Source: an uncultured Alphaproteobacteria bacterium
GTDB lineage: Bacteria; Pseudomonadota; Alphaproteobacteria; HIMB59; GCA-002718135
Direction of reading: 5' to 3'
Assembly: GCA_902615625.1 (NCBI GenBank)
Contig: CACMPM010000001.1
Coordinates: 169-64,168, forward strand
DNA: 64,000 nt
The stretch's first letter is position 1; each line of letters starts with the position of its first letter. The notes under the pieces were generated by a model. The model worked only from the letters and a program-made list of their open reading frames with translations. It did no database searches and was not told the DNA's origin. Both the position numbers and the translations under genes were made by a program. This document shows positions 62,445 through 64,000 of the stretch, piece after piece.

Positions 62445-62771
62445 ACGTAAAGAATAGCATCTATAAGCAATAATTATAAATGTTAAAACTATCCAAATAA
62501 TACTTCCTTTGTAATTTTCTGCTGCTCTCCAAATTCCAATAGAAATAAATATTGTCCAAATAAAAATAAAAATTTTTGAGATTAGTGCAAGATTAGTAAA
62601 ATCTAAAAATGGTATTTGCGAAACAGAGCTATCTGTATTAAAAAAATAAATTTCAAGATTAAATATAACAAGCAAAACAATACCATTTAGTAGTTCACCA
62701 ACTAACCAATAGGATTTCCAAAGTTTTATTTTTCCTTCAAAAAAATCTTTTATTATATTTGTATTAGTCAT
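62427..62771 (-). CDS. Hypothetical small membrane protein (about 3 TM segments)
   Basis: 114 aa, hydrophobic, on the same strand as and 64 nt downstream of the DUF4198-like gene. It overlaps the gatB 3' end by 18 nt. I do not recognise the family. Confidence 0.5.
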   Translation of the reverse strand: MTNTNIIKDFFEGKIKLWKSYWLVGELLNGIVLLVIFNLEIYFFNTDSSVSQIPFLDFTNLALISKIFIFIWTIFISIGIWRAAENYKGSIIWIVLTFIIIAYRCYSLRLIFFI

Positions 62772-62835
62772 TTCTATTTATCTTCAATATTATAATTATT
62801 CATAAAATTTTTAATAGCAATTCAACATTCTTAAA

Positions 62836-63648
62836 TCATTTATTGGTTGTTTTTAATGTATAAGAAGTCCACAAAGAATGCCATTTAGCATAATTATCTT
62901 TTTTCTTATTACTGCCTTCAATTATAACAACACTTTCAATTAAATATTTTGTGTTTTCTTTAAATAAGTAATTAAAATATCCACCCTTGTTTGTTCTAAC
63001 GTATTCTTTTCTAAAATAACCATTATTTAAACTCATAATAGAAACCTTATGATCAGCTAGTATTTTATTTTTATATTCTAATAGAATTCTTTTACTTTCA
63101 TTTAAATTTTTAAGAGGATTGTCTAAAAAAATTAATTCAAAGTCCATATTTGTATCGATATCTTTACCATCAAAATTTTCCACGCTAATTAATGACTTTG
63201 CATATCTTTTATAACTTTCAAAAAAATTTTCTGGGTAGTTATTTTCTCTATGTTTTTGAGCTAAATTTGGATATCCTTTCTCTCTTGTGAAAATTTCAAA
63301 TTTTATTAATTTTTCATACTCAACATATTTAGTAACTGATTCAACTTGTATTACATTTAATCCTTTGAACGCTTTTTTAATATTAAGAGCGGGAATATCA
63401 CCTAATCTACCTTTAATTTTTAATTTATTATCTTCAGCATACAGGAATGCAATTTTAAAATATTCTTTTGTAAATGGTATTGGTGATCCTTCAAAATTTT
63501 CTCCTATAAAGATATTCGCCACAGCTTTTTCATTATTTGATAAATGATAATTCTTTGGATCAATCCAAAATTCATGACATAAAGAGATTTTTGTTATTGA
63601 AGTTAAGATAATAATAAATATTAATCTTTTTAAAGTAAATTTCATCAT
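62836..63648 (-). CDS. Exported DUF4198-like protein (COG5266 / NikK-CbiK-like periplasmic component)
   Basis: A signal peptide ends in ...ISLC, followed by HEFWIDP, the characteristic mature N-terminus of DUF4198 proteins as I recall it. Confidence 0.7.
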   Translation of the reverse strand: MMKFTLKRLIFIIILTSITKISLCHEFWIDPKNYHLSNNEKAVANIFIGENFEGSPIPFTKEYFKIAFLYAEDNKLKIKGRLGDIPALNIKKAFKGLNVIQVESVTKYVEYEKLIKFEIFTREKGYPNLAQKHRENNYPENFFESYKRYAKSLISVENFDGKDIDTNMDFELIFLDNPLKNLNESKRILLEYKNKILADHKVSIMSLNNGYFRKEYVRTNKGGYFNYLFKENTKYLIESVVIIEGSNKKKDNYAKWHSLWTSYTLKTTNK

Positions 63649-64000
63649 GTTCTCTTATATAAAAATTATAAAGTTATATCTATTTTTAATTATATTGTGT
63701 TTTTTAAATTTATTTTCAACATCTTCTATTAGTCATGAAATCAAGCCATCTATTGCAGATTTTACTTATGATGAAAGTTATTTGAATTTTAAAATAAGAT
63801 TAAATGCTGAATTGATATTATCTAAAATTGATGCATCTACTGTTTCTAATACAGACTCTTCATCACTAAGTGAAATTTATGATAAATTTAGAATTTTAAG
63901 CAAAAAAGACCTTGAAGAAATGTTTCAAAATTCTTGGAGTGAAATAAGTTCTAATATTGATATTAAAATTAATAATGAAACAAAGAAAATAAATTTAATT
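63647..64000 (+). CDS. Hypothetical exported protein, N-terminal fragment; the ORF runs off the window
   Basis: This ORF is not in the track because it has no stop in the window. I translated 118 open codons by hand: MFSYIKIIKLYLFLIILCFLNLFSTSSIS|HEIKPSIADFTYDES... It has a signal peptide, and the HEIKP- start recalls HupE/UreJ_2-type proteins. Confidence 0.5.
   Translation, partial: MFSYIKIIKLYLFLIILCFLNLFSTSSISHEIKPSIADFTYDESYLNFKIRLNAELILSKIDASTVSNTDSSSLSEIYDKFRILSKKDLEEMFQNSWSEISSNIDIKINNETKKINLI

Noticed and set aside
1-64000. I looked for CRISPR arrays, tRNA/rRNA genes, IS elements and riboswitch-sized leaders.
   Set aside because: No spacer between called genes exceeds 97 nt, and none shows tRNA-like or repeat-spacer structure. 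No transposase-like ORF is present in any frame of the ORF track.

Overview
This window is a very AT-rich (about 30% GC by eye, not computed) and extremely gene-dense stretch of an alphaproteobacterial chromosome. The style fits a streamlined marine SAR11/Pelagibacterales-type genome. By my tally only about 0.8 kb of the 64 kb lies between called genes, and many neighbours overlap by 1, 4 or 8 nt.

The content is almost entirely core housekeeping, arranged in classic alphaproteobacterial arrays:
- coaX', rnj, proS, lolCD, dnaE
- rpsB-tsf-pyrH-frr-uppS-cdsA-dxr-bamA-skp-lpxD-fabZ-lpxA-lpxI-lpxB
- minus strand: gltA, gltX, lexA, moaC, trpCDGE, ppiD
- tpiA-secG-pyrG-kdsA-eno-ftsB-pdhA-pdhB-pdhC-lipA
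- an SRPBCC protein, then cinA'/pgpA/ispDF on the minus strand
- ntrY-ntrX-trkA, followed by a small mixed-function run (class IV aminotransferase, IMPase-family, HIBADH-family, EamA, msrB, MFS)
- minus strand: a small orphan ORF, pepC, topA, plsY, pyrB, ruvX
- gatCAB, then a small membrane protein and two divergent exported proteins

I see no rRNA, tRNA, CRISPR array, transposase or intact prophage.

The most unusual signal is at pyrB. The aspartate carbamoyltransferase ORF has a roughly 72-codon N-terminal extension whose sequence resembles the arm-type DNA-binding head of lambdoid tyrosine integrases. Three helically phased direct repeats (TTNACACAT) sit directly against its start codon. 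This is either a domesticated DNA-binding module, giving a self-regulating enzyme, or an in-frame relic of an old integration.

Other items worth a second look:
- a stand-alone 75-aa ORF6C-like protein downstream of pepC
- a divergent pair of exported proteins, both predicted to mature with N-terminal His-Glu, whose start codons share one CATG
- an NtrX with a degenerate AAA+ core
- a hairpin and possible pseudoknot in the rpsB leader
- an alphaproteobacterial-type SOS box on lexA
- a GC-cored perfect palindrome abutting the topA start

All functional calls come from motif recognition by eye in the supplied translations. No database search was run.
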